From Laetmonice hystrix (lineage: Eukaryota), in NCBI GenBank assembly GCA_965235115.1, contig OZ249448.1, positions 25,854,001 through 25,918,000 of the forward strand: a stretch of 64,000 bases of DNA, in the 5' to 3' direction. Positions 24,262 to 36,304 of the stretch are shown one piece after another. The position numbers and the translations under genes are program-made. The notes under the pieces are model-generated. The model was given only the letters and a program-made list of their open reading frames with translations, was not told the origin of the DNA and made no database searches. Within the stretch, counting starts at the first letter, position 1, and each line of letters begins with the position of its first letter.

Positions 24262-27200
24262 ATGCCGGGATACGCCCATTTCTTCTTCGATAAAGTGAAG
24301 CGCAAGTTTCTGTGCCCGATATGCCAGCTTCCTATGCGGGACCCCGTGCAAGTCACGACATGCAGACATCGGTTTTGTGACTCTTGTTTGCAGGCGTATC
24401 TGAGGTAAGCAGCCTATTTTAGTCCGGGACCGGGCGGGGGTACCGTGGCCGGGACCTCGGCGCTCGGGGGCCGGCGGGTGATGGTCGCGGCCTCTGGCTC
24501 CGCGACACTCAGACAAACAAAGCACACTCAGTCCTTGGTGTGCCACAGCATGTACAGCAGGCCTACTTTGTCGCACACCCTACCTGTCATTGTGGCTTTT
24601 GTCTCTCTTTGTACACGTATGGCCGTCATTTTCTGTTTGTTTTATGTCGAAAATTGATTTTTACCTTGAATCACGATCTTACTTTTAATAAACTAGTTAG
24701 CCTATCATCGAGCTGGCAGCTCTATTAACCATCCATGAATTTTGCCAGTTTGGGTTGATTTGTAATTGTAATTTTGAATCAATAAAGTGCCTGATTCTCA
24801 TTGCCATGGGCCAGCTAGATTTATTGACGAGTTAGACTAGTATCATATTGACATATTAATATGAATGCATAATTTAGGGATAATACTTGGGTACCAGGTG
24901 GATGGCTTGGCCTGTGGCTATGCTGACATGTGTTGTGGTGGGGGGGGGGGGGGGGGGGGGGTAACTGTGTTGACGTCATACTTCAAGCCTTAGGGCATCA
25001 GTGCAGGTCTGGTGCATAATTATGGTGAATGTCTTTTACTGTTCTTACTCTTAGTATTGGTTCAAAGATGGCAACTAGTTTCATCTTTAACTTAGCCTTA
25101 GGTGTCACACAAGTTTTGGTGTTTTTAAAAGTATGTTGGTAAGTCACAATAGTTATCCAATTCTAAAGCAAAGGGCCTTTCCCCAACTTGTATTTAAATT
25201 ACAATTTACAGCAATGAGATGTGGTTAAATGTAGACTGTCTATTCAATTATGATTTTTTAAAAATCTTTATGAGATCCATTAGATATTTTTATTTGCAAT
25301 ATGCCAACTGGTGCATTAAACTGATAAAAGGCATTAACGGCATTAAAGGCCTTAGATTGCCATCTAAAACTGGAATACTTTTGACAACGTCCAGATAAAG
25401 ATTTAGTGTTGGCCCATAATAGAATCAACGGCAATGATTTTGTGCAACAAATGACACCCTTTGCTCAAAATGAAAGTGGAGGACAGCCCTCAGACCTCAC
25501 ACAAATAGCATTTATAAAACCAGAGGAACCATGTCAGCACTGCCTGATCTATAAAGTAAGTCAACAAAGACTTGCTAATATATGGAGTAGGAGGCCAGTG
25601 GTTGAGTCAGCAGACCCAGCCAGCCCAGCCAATTATATACAGCCCAGCAGGCTCTCACGCCCTTTTTTTACCATTCTTAGGCATTATGTGCTCCCCGCCT
25701 CAGACTAGCACTTTACAACTCTAAGATGTAGATTGATTTTATTTGAGCTTAGATTATTGCAATGCTTGGACTTAAGCACAGTGTCCCAAATGACCAGGGA
25801 ATTCAGCTGTTATAAAAAGAAATGTTGTGTATCCCTGCAGTCACTGGTTAATTCCTTCCTCTTTTTTTCTGACTGTCAGACATATTTAACCACTCATTCT
25901 CCTCCAGGCTGATCAGGATTCAAGTACAGACCATACACCACATGAAGAATGATTTCTGCACCCTTCTTTATCTTCCAGGGAAGAGAAATCCTTTGTTCTC
26001 TACGGTAGCCTTCTTGGAATTCAGTCGTGTATTTTCTAGTCAGTACTGGATGTTCATAAGGTTAGAAATTCCCCACCCAGAGAGAATCAGCCAGGTTTGA
26101 TGCCTGACCTTCAGCTTAGGTCATCATTCTTCTTGCAGGCCCATTTAAGTTAGGGGGAAACCCCCTACAAAATCAGTTGCTCCCCCTAAAATTCCTACCC
26201 TTGAACAGTGGCGTACTCTGTGGGGTGCTTGGGGTGCTCGAGCACCCCCCTCAATTTGCCCATTTTCGTTTTGTTTTTTTGTGTGCGCTTGTTGCCAATT
26301 TGCAGCATCAACGAGGTTGGTTATTTCCAGCACCCCCCTGGGTCCAGTTTCTGGGTACCATACGCAATGCTGTGGGAAAGCCTGGCTGTCCGATGTTGTA
26401 GTATGGTGTGTATTGTACTCAATCCACTTAGCTGGTGTAAGGTCTCCCCTCCCACCCCACCCACCACATGGGACCACCACGTGGGACCACCACGTGGGGA
26501 CAAGGCCACATGTCTGTGCAGCCTGAGGTCACACAGGTCGTGCTATCCACTAATATCTCTGCTATCAAGAGTTGTCACTCAAATTGTTGACATGTCTTAT
26601 TGCCTTTGGAGCGTGCCATGTGTGACCCAATGAAGATATAATGCTTATTTCTTTTCAGTGCAGGGAACTTCAGCAAGTGCCCTGAAGACCAGATACCAAT
26701 TGACTATGCCAAAGTGAGTATGCCCCCTGGGTAGTCCAGGCTGTTGGGTTGCTTAGGTCAGCTCTGCTGGCCCCTCGGGCACTGAGAAGATGCCAAGCTA
26801 CATGTGGTTTTAGTCGTTTACATAACTTTATCACTTTAAGACATATAACTCAAGACAAAGGTACTGAACAAAAACATGTTTAAGACAGGAGAAATCTCTT
26901 TATTCAACTGATTGTGCAGCTCTGGAAACAAGGGACTGGTCAGAAACTGAGAAAGAGTAAGACAAACAAAGGTCAGGCAGAACTGAAGTGGCATTCAAGG
27001 AGCCACCTCAGCTCCTTATGTTGCTGGAGAACTTAGAAACACACTGGTATGATAACTGTAATAACATACCATTCACCATGTCCCAGACAACCAATGGATA
27101 AATACCCTGGCCTTCACACCTTTGTAATTATCTAACCAGTTCTAGGTTATCAACCAGGTCAGAGTGTACTAACACAGGGCCCATGTGACCACAAGAACCA

Positions 27201-30114
27201 TCAATTATATCAAGGACTGCTTTGTTAGGACTTGTAAGATTTACATTAAATTATAAAAGAAAACAGAGGAAATCATCTTTGTTCCTTTTGTTGAAAATCT
27301 TTCTTAAAATACTCATTGTAGTTTGGAGGGTTACAGTTCTCCATTGTAAAATGAGACTTTTTAAAGAGAGTTGATTTAAAGATCTTCTCACTTGTTGTTA
27401 AAGTTAGACCAAAAATTGCTCAGATACTTGTACCTTTAAACCCCAGGGACGCCATGTTAAAATTTCAACGTCAAGCGATAGGCAAACGTATGTTAAAATT
27501 GGAATGGAAAAATATGTCTCCGTTGGCTTTCACACCGAGTGTGCTGCCATACTTGGTGATCTATAAATAGATTACCGCAAGTTCCGAGCCCATGCTGGCT
27601 TAAGAACATAAATGGGTGGTAGGGTAACTTGGAAACCTAACAAGTTTCGCTTGTTGGGTTTGATTGGGAGATTGATCCGGGTTTACCCAGAATATGTACA
27701 GATGATGGTTAATTTCTCTTGTAGATCTATATGGATGATGAACTCCACCAGGAGATTTCCACCAGCAGGGTGCGCTGTTCACGCCACCTCGAGGGGTGTG
27801 GGTGGACCGATAAACTCAGCAACCTCCAGGTCTGTTAATGGTTCAGGAAAATCATTTGGTGTCCTACAAAAATTTAAATTCCAAGAGAGTGCAAAAAGAT
27901 AGTGGAGAAGAACAATGCAATATTTTGCACACTGCACTTTAAATTTAATAAGCAATAATGTGCTGTTTTATACCTGAAGTAAACTACGGTATCTTTTGCA
28001 TGACCTGCCAGTGGGAAGCCATGTATTTTCCAGAAATGGGTATTGACCATTACAGGGCGTTCAAATTGAGCCGGCAAGATCCCCATCTATCTGCGTCAGC
28101 TACTTTAACGGGATTCCAGGCATGAATTGCACTTGAGGACGACCAACAAAAAAGTGATGGTGCCTGCTACTTTAGCCTAAACCCCACCTACTCAATAGTG
28201 CCATGTGTTTCTGTATGTGGTATCATGTTAACTTCAGGCTCACCTTGATGTGTGCCGGTACAACACGGTCCCCTGCCCCAACCAATGCTCGGCGTTACTC
28301 TCACGACTGTGTCTCCAGGACCACGTCCAGTACACATGTTCACAGCGTAAGGTCGTCTGTGAGTGCTGCCAACAGGAGTTCTCCGGAGAGGCCATGGAGG
28401 TAAGAATGACTCCAGCAACCACAAATATTACAGTAGATGATATCACGACAGCATTATGTCATATTTATCTAGTTTCATTTTCACCCCAGAAAGGTTTACA
28501 TGCTGAAAGTGTCCCTTACCAAATTTGTACTAAATAAAGAAGTGTGAAGTTGGACCTCTCCATATAACATCTGTTGATTATATGTTTGAGATTACTGCAG
28601 CACACTTGCTGAGAGATTTATTGATGATTTCCTTTGTTTCTCCCAGACTCACCAAGGAAACTGTCCCAAGGAGGTGGTTTGGTGTGAAAACAAGTGTGGC
28701 GCTCGCCTTCAGCGACAATACTTGAGTAACCACATGAATAACGAATGTCATAAACGCACCCTGCCCTGTCGCTACTGCCGCAAAAAGTTTGTCTACGAAA
28801 CACTGCAGGTGGGCCTCCTTCAGTGAGATCTACCGTTAGTTTAGGATTTAACTGAATGCTATGAGGGAAATATTGAAACTTGGACAGGACTCTCAATGTG
28901 TAAGGAGACATGGCCCCAGATTTATATAATTATATTAGACGTTATAAGTAGGTCACCCTCATGAATAATTACATGAATATTTCATACAAATATAAGAATA
29001 TTTGAATAAATGAGTCACAGATTTAGGGTCCACAGTGCGGAGGTGACTCAGCGGGACAATGATCTGAGAAGAAAGCATGACATTATCCTATGTTTTTGTA
29101 GGAGCACTTTTACCGCTGTACCCGTTACCCGGTGATGTGCCCGAATCGGTGTGACCCAATGAAGATAGCTCGTGAGGACATGGAGAAACATATCCGGGAC
29201 GAGTGTCCCTCGTCAACCATCCCCTGCTCGTTTACTGAGGTCGGATGTAAGGTTATGGTAAGGCTGCACTCTGATTGTACAATCCGTGCAGAACTTGGCT
29301 GTCCATCAGCAGTAGATGACAAATTTCTCTATTATCCCAAATTATTACTATATCTTTTTTTGGTGCCTCTTTACCTTCTCAATTTCAAACAATATCATTT
29401 TGATTTTGTAGGGGCAGAGCATTGATTTGTTTCATGATAGAAAAGCAGATCTTACCATAAATAGAATTATGTTTGATCATATTTTTGTAATGCCTGCTCC
29501 AGGTGCCACGTTTCTGCCTGGAGAAACACCTGGAGGAAGCGACGTCAGCCCACCTGTCGTTGATGTGTTCCGTGGCGCTGTCACAGGCAGCCAAGATCAA
29601 GGAACTCCAGGGACAGATCGATACCATGACCAGGTTTACAGACGGAACCTTCGTGTGGAAAATACCAAACATAACTGACAAACTAAAGGAGGCCAAGGCT
29701 AAAATCACAGAGCTGAAGAGTGAGCCATTCTATACCTCTTGGTATGGGTATCGTCTTGGAGCGTCAGTCTTTCTAAACGGGAACGGATCAGGTGAAGGAA
29801 CGCATATTTCACTCTACATCTGCATGCTCCCTGGAGAGTATGACAACATCCTCAACTGGCCGTTTTCCTTACCCATCTCATTCCTGCTACTCGATCAGTG
29901 CTCCGACCCAGAGAAACGGGTGCCTATTTTTGAGAGCTTCATCCCTAATCCAACATGGAAACACTTCCAAAAGCCGCAGGCTGATGTAGAGAGCATGGGG
30001 TTTGGGTACCCAAAGTTTGTGGCTCACGACACCCTGAAAAATGGTACGTACATCAGAGATGATGCCATATTTATAAAAATAAAAGTGGACATAAGAAAAC
30101 TTATCCTGCCGTAA
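24262..30114 (+). CDS. TRAF4: TNF receptor-associated factor 4 (RING, TRAF zinc fingers, MATH domain), 464 aa. Exons 24262-24404, 26659-26713, 27725-27829, 28238-28399, 28647-28808, 29102-29257, 29503-30114
   Basis: Starts MPGYAHFFFDKVKRKFLCPICQLPMRDPVQVTTCRHRFCDSCLQ, continues CPEDQIPIDYAK and WCENKCGARLQR, and ends with the MATH domain FLNGNGSGEGTHISLYI...GFGYPKF...DDAIFIK. These are characteristic of TRAF4. Splice phases are consistent. Confidence 0.95.
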
Positions 30115-30194
30115 CCGAGGGGCCAGCCAACAAACCTGCAAGCCATTTAATCTCCAATGTCTAGACAATCAGGGGCTTGGTATGAAGACTTACT

Positions 30195-30384
30195 GGCAAC
30201 TATTGAACGGTTGTTAAGGGTAACTATTGAATGGTTGTTAAGGGCAACTATTGAACGGTTGTTAAGGGCAACTATTGAACGGTTGTTAAGGGCAACTATT
30301 GAACGGTTGTTAAGGGCAACTATTAAATGGTTGTTAAGGGCAACTATTGAACGGTTGTTAAGGGCAACTATTGAACGGTTGTTA
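30195..30384 (+). repeat. 24-bp minisatellite (GGCAACTATTGAACGGTTGTTAAG), ~8 units, in the proximal TRAF4 3' UTR
   Basis: Direct reading. Starts ~80 nt after the TRAF4 stop. Confidence 0.9.
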
Positions 30385-31504
30385 GGGGCTGGAGAAACTG
30401 CCGTGAAAGGGATGAGCTTAGAGACCCAATCTAGTGGGAGTTAGAATCAACTCGTTTTGGACCCATCCAAAGGTTTCGTTTACAAGTGTCTCACAGTGAC
30501 AGAAAGGTCGGGTTGGGAGATGATGGCAAGCTGGACATTGCCCATCTACCCCAGCTGTTTGGTCATAAATGTGGGGTTACGTGTGAGAGATTATATGGTT
30601 TGAGGACGGCAATTGGTACCGTTGTACTCGGCAGGGAGTGGTGCAGGCCATTGACATGATATCACTCTGTTACTGGGTAAAATATTGTGTGGAAAGTAAC
30701 TGTGTACCAGTAATATTCTGTTGTGCAAATGATTCAAGTTGTGTGAAAAAAGCTTTCACCCTTCATATCTAGCACAACTTGCTGGACTGAAATTACTGAT
30801 TCAAAGACTGAAGTTTACTGAAGAATCGACAGACCTTATCTGCCTTGTCGATCTTGAGAGGGTTCATATAATGTGATTAGATGCATTTATCCTATTGTAT
30901 CTTGAGCTGTCGCACATTAATTGCAGAATGCTACCCGAACTGCTGTCAGCATAGAAATCATTGCTGTTTTTAGGACAATGTCCCATTATGACTGAATAGT
31001 GGATTTGCAAGTGTACATAGTGCCTTAGTGTAGAAGTGTTGAATATTATAATGTGCAATATCTTTAAAAAAGAAGTGCCTTATGAAAATGATGAGCAGGG
31101 TTGGCCGCCGCCCTACCTCCCACCAGTGGTTTACAGTGTTATAGCACTGTGCCTTCGTACTAGTGGACAGTTTGGTGGTTATTAGTTAATAAGCTTAGTT
31201 TTACAACGGTATTCTTGACCATAGTGCTAACAAGGGCATTAATATTATGTTACGGATCCTTAGCATCAGGTATTACCACTGTCTGTCCCAGAGGAAAGTC
31301 ACGTACAATTGGTTGTCAGTACTGTTATTGATACTGTTAGAAGTCTAAGGCCAGTCAAGTTGTATTGATACTGTTAGACATCTAAGGCCAGTCAAGTTGT
31401 ATTGGTATTATCGGGTAAAGTCAGTGATGAAGACGCTATCTATTGACAGTTAAAGGAAGACCGTTTTGTTGGAGCCTGACAGTTAAAGGAAGAACTGATG
31501 GAAC

Positions 31505-33292
31505 GTGACTGGATGATCAGAGGGTCAGTGAGGTTGTGTGTTTGGTGTGTTACTGAGACAGCCTGAGTGGATGATCAGACAGTCAGTGAGGTTGTGTGTT
31601 TGGTGTGTTACTGAGACAGCCTGATTGGATGATCAGAGGGTCAGTGAGGTTGTGGTGTGTTTGGTGTGTTACTGAGACAGCCTGACTGGATGATCAGAGG
31701 GTCAGTGAGGTTGTGTGTTTGGTGTGTTACTGAGACAGCCTGACTGGATGACCAGAGGGTCAGTGAGGTTGTGTGTTTGGTGTGTTACTGAGACAGCCTG
31801 ACTGGATGATCAGAGGGTCAGTGAGGTTGTGTGTTTGGTGTGTTACTGAGACAGTCTGACTGAATGATCAGAGGGTCAGTGAGGTTGTGTGTTTGGTGTG
31901 TTACTGAGACAGCCTGACTGGATGATCAGAGGGTCAGTGAGGTTGTGTGTTTGGTGTGTTACTGAGACAGCCTGACTGGATGATCAGAGGGTCAGTGAGG
32001 TTGTGGTGTGTTTGGTGTGTTACTGAGACAGCCTGACTGGATGATCAGAGGGTCAGTGAGGTTGTGGTGTGTTTGATGTGTTACTGAGACAGTCTGACTG
32101 GATGACCAGAGGGTCAGTGAGGTTGTGGTGTGTTTGTTGTGTTACTGAGACAGCCTGACTGGATGATCAGAGGGTCAGTGAGGTTGTGGCGTGTTTGGTG
32201 TGTAAAGGCCCTGATCCACCGGTGGCGACACGTTCGTAACAGCTTCGCGATGGAGATGCTCGATCGCGAAGCCGTAGTTGTCATTTTGTTGAGACAGCTT
32301 GGCGACATGATTTAGTAAGTCGCCAAGCTGTCTCGAAGCACGCGCCAAGGTGTCACGAAAATCACATACCTGATCCACCGGTTGCGACAACAACACCCTC
32401 GCGAACTGCGTCCGTTGCCAAACTTGTTTGATATTGGCGACACCTGTCGCGAAGCTGTCACAAAGCCAGGTGTGTCGCGAAGCTGTCACCAATCCGTCTC
32501 CAAAGCTGATCCACCGAAATTGTGTTTCGCGATTGCCGAGCAATTTTTAGATGCTCGGGCTGTCGCGAAGATGTCACGAACATGTCGCCAACCCATCACG
32601 AAGCCCAATCGCCACCGGTGGATCAGGGGCATTACTGAGACAGCCTGACTGGATGATCAGAGGGTCAGTGAGGTTGTGTGTTTGGTGTGTTACTGAGACA
32701 GCCTGACTGGATGATCAGAGGGTCAGTGAGGTTGTGGTGTGTTTGGTGTGTTACTGAGACAGCCTGACTGGATGATCAGAGGGTCAGTGAGGTTGTGGTG
32801 TGTTTGGTGTGTTACTGAGACAGCCTGACTGGATGATCAGAGGGTCAGTGAGGTTGTGGTGTGTTTGGTGTGTTACTGAGACAGCCTGACTGGATGATCA
32901 GAGGGTCAGTGAGGTTGTGTGTTTGGTGTGTTACTGAGACAGCCTGACTGGATGATCAGAGGGTCAGTGAGGTTGTGTGTTTGGTGTGTTACTGAGACAG
33001 CCTGACTGGATGATCAGAGGGTCAGTGAGGTTGTGGTGTGTTTGGTGTGTTACTGAGACAGCCTGACTGGATGATCAGAGGGTCAGTGAGGTTGTGGTGT
33101 GTTTGATGTGTTACTGAGACAGTCTGACTGGATGATCAGAGGGTCAGTGAGGTTGTGTGTTTGGTGTGTTACTGAGACAGCCTGACTGGATGATCAGAGG
33201 GTCAGTGAGGTTGTGTGTTTGGTGTGTTACTGAGACAGCCTGACTGGATGACCAGAGGGTCAGTGTGGTTGTGTGTTTGGTGTGTTACTGAG
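31505..33292. repeat. 58/61-bp minisatellite (GTCAGTGAGGTTGTG[GTG]TGTTTGGTGTGTTACTGAGACAGCCTGACTGGATGATCAGAGG), ~23 units, interrupted by a MITE
   Basis: Direct reading. Arms at ~31505-32202 and 32632-33292. Confidence 0.95.
32206..32631. mobile_element. 426-bp PIF/Harbinger-like MITE inserted in the minisatellite
   Basis: 23-bp TIRs AGGCCCTGATCCACCGGTGGCGA / TCGCCACCGGTGGATCAGGGGCA (21 of 23 match). Flanks TAA (32203-32205) and TTA (32632-32634) sit at the TTA of a repeat unit. A TWA TSD is typical of PIF/Harbinger. Confidence 0.85.
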
Positions 33293-33841
33293 ATAGTTTG
33301 AAGTGATTTTGAAGTCGCTGCCTTCCGTAGAGGGGTTTAGCCCCACTCCTTGACGGTTTAATAACAACAGTCTCGCATTGTGACAGTTTCCCGGAAGACA
33401 AGTTTCGGCCCTGTTGATTGGTATTGACTGGGTATTGTAAGGTGCCCTTGTCGTGACCTTGAAAATTGTGGTTTGTGTGCCGTGAAGTGTTCGTGTGTGA
33501 ATTATTTGAAAGTTTCCAGGTGCAAGGACCACACTTTGTTGGGGTTTTTCCGTAGTTATATTTACTGCTGATGTTACATCATTATATTGTGTACAACTGC
33601 CAACTGTACAAAGCTTTACTCTTGTGATTTTGTCCGATTAGATCGCGACGCTTGTGCTGACTACAGAACGCCATGTACCGAGAGTGTTCAGCAAGCTTGT
33701 ATCTTGATTTTATTGTGTTATCTGAACAAGTTCCCAGTGCCGTACCGTTAGCTATTATATTTCTGTGCAGAGCTACATAATTAATTATAGTCCCAGTTTT
33801 ATGTTTTCCTTTCTCAGAGTAAAAGCAGATATCAATATCAG

Positions 33842-34267
33842 CAGGGTGACCACAGCACAGGGAAAACGGGGAAAACGAGGAAAATGATAAAAATAAATTC
33901 CCTGCAGGGAAAACACAGGGAATTTGGAAAAAATAACCCTTAAAACACAGGGAAAACACAGGGAAAAAATTTTGACAGCCAAGGGTAAAAATTAGGCAAC
34001 AGAAAAAAAGTCAGTTAAAAGACAGCATTGTTGAATATTGAGGTTTATTTGAAGAGCTACTAAGTCACAATGCTTTTAATGCCTAAGGGAATAATCCCAC
34101 TTGCAAATTGCTGCTTATGATGGCGATCTTATTCAAAACAGCTGCCATATTTGATAAAAACACTGAATGGCAGCCATGTCCGATCACAGGGAAAATTCAT
34201 CGCAAGCCAGGGAAAACACAGGGAAAACACAGGGAGTTTGAAATTGAAAATTTTTGTGGTCACCCTG
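33842..34267. mobile_element. hAT-like MITE with 6-bp TSD
   Basis: TIR CAGGGTGACCAC / GTGGTCACCCTG. TATCAG on both flanks. Internal repeats of ACAGGGAAAA. Confidence 0.8.
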
Positions 34268-36304
34268 TATCAGGCAGTGGACATTTACAGTGAGGTAATG
34301 AATTCAGAGTCATAGAATTTCTCATTTCTCTGTGAGCCAAGATAGCCACAGCTACGTATTTATAGATTGTGTTGGGTAAGGCGGACCCTGTGTCCTGTAA
34401 CTGGCCATGGTGTGGGAGTATTGATATCAAAGACCCCTAGTTGACCCATTTATTGACAAGTTATCCCAACAGTCTGCGTCTGTTTGTTTGAGGTGACTGC
34501 GTGTGTCCACACCATACGTTGTGAAGAAAGTGATTTACTGGATGCAGTGAGAGGAGGTGGGGGGGGGGGGGTCTTTGATTTGGTGTTACCTGCCCTGATA
34601 TCCACTGATTGTTTATCGACTGAGGACATAGGTGAATTACCTGGGCCCTGTGCTCGGACAGAGCTGTTTGAACGTGAGGGGGTCGGTGCACCAGACATCA
34701 CCAACACATACCTGAAAATCCTCACACCCGTAGAGTACTCAACCTGGTACCATGAGATCTAACCGTACTAGGTTATCAAGTGCCAGTATTCGCGATTAAC
34801 TGACCCACAGCATGGAATGAAAAGTACTGAACTCTTGCAAATGTCTGAATGTAGAAAACTCGAGTTTGTGAATTTTTTTTCATTGTCATTTCACTATTTA
34901 TTTAATTATCTGACGGATTTGATGCAACCTTAAGCTTCTCTTTTTTCAGGAGACTGGCTATTGCATGGATTACTTGTTATGTAAATTTTGATTATAAGTA
35001 AATAATAAATAAGTAGATATCTACAAAAGAACCAATATCTTGCTGAATTTGTTCATGTAACTGCCGACATCTAGACTGACGATACTTGTATATTATAACA
35101 TATCAGTGCATAGGCCCATTGGTTGGAGAGAACAGAGATATTCACATGTGTCCATAGCAAACAAGACATAGCTCAAGGACATGGTTACGATCCTCAACCC
35201 TACCATCTCTTACCTTGTAGGCCTACCATCAGGTCATTACTCAACCTTAGATCTACCAACGCCAGTCTCTATACGACCAATTACCCATATCTGCCAAAGT
35301 CCCTGCTATTTTAAACGATATAAATTTCAGACAATGTATTTTCCCAAATATTGATTGATTTGCTGAGGTGTCCACAAAGGGGGGCATGCCCCCGGACCAC
35401 CCTAGCAGGGATCGGCCCCCCTTTTCCAACCGCCCCCCCCCCCTTTTCCAAAATCCTGGATCCGCCCCTGAACATAGCAGTGCATGGGCCTATTGGTTGG
35501 ATTGGGGACATCTTCCGTACTTGAGATTTGGAATTAATTTTTTCTAGATGAATTATAAACAAAAACTCAATGACATCATGACGTAATACGTCACAGTACC
35601 GGTACGTAATCAATCTTACTATTAGTGTTTCATAGTAACTATGGCTCTAACTCCAACCATTTACACGTTAACATCCCCCTAGTAAGGTGTTGGGATAATG
35701 AAAAGATGATGAACTGAGTACATTGAGATTGAGTTTCATGAAATGCAGGTTTATTCAGGTATGTTGACAAACAATTGGTGAATCCTATACCTGAATGAGA
35801 TAAAACAATACCAGGTAATTACTCTAACATCAAAACAGGTTTTGGTACGAAACAATCTAGGATACCACAGTAACAACATAACACCTTAACCGTCTCGTCA
35901 AGATTGCTCAGCTGTCCCTCTTGAATTAAAGGGTGAGTCTTGCAACTTGCAGAGGTTGTTCTAAGTCTAACTCTACCACTTTGACCTAAAACAATATATG
36001 CCACATAAATGAAATTCAGAATAACCATTTCCTGGTTCAAGCACCTGATACTTTTTTTAATATTAAATGTTTCATATCTGGAAATAGTTCTTACCATAAT
36101 ATTTTATAACTCCATACAGGTTAGACTTCACTTGATGAAAATGTTCATGGTCATGGATACGATCCTGGAATATGTTTAACTTCATGACCATCATTTCAAA
36201 ATACAACTTACCGTACATGGATACGACCCTGGAATATCATACTGGTGCTCAAGTTTATCTATAACTGGTGCTTCATATGGTCCTTGGTGCATGAACTCGG
36301 TGCA

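Noticed and set aside
24938-24962. Long poly-G run and other G/C homopolymers as functional G-quadruplexes
   Set aside because: Such runs are scattered throughout, often in MITE remnants, and their lengths are unreliable in assemblies.
30157-30444. 95-aa ORF with LLRATIER repeats after TRAF4
   Set aside because: A product of the 24-bp 3' UTR minisatellite.
32114-32648. ORFs inside the MITE as a transposase
   Set aside because: They are short (61-122 aa), have no DDE motif, and the element is too small to be autonomous.
31505-33292. Possible CRISPR-like array (repeat interrupted by unique sequence)
   Set aside because: Units are contiguous with no unique spacers, the single insert is a TIR element, there are no cas genes, and the context is eukaryotic.
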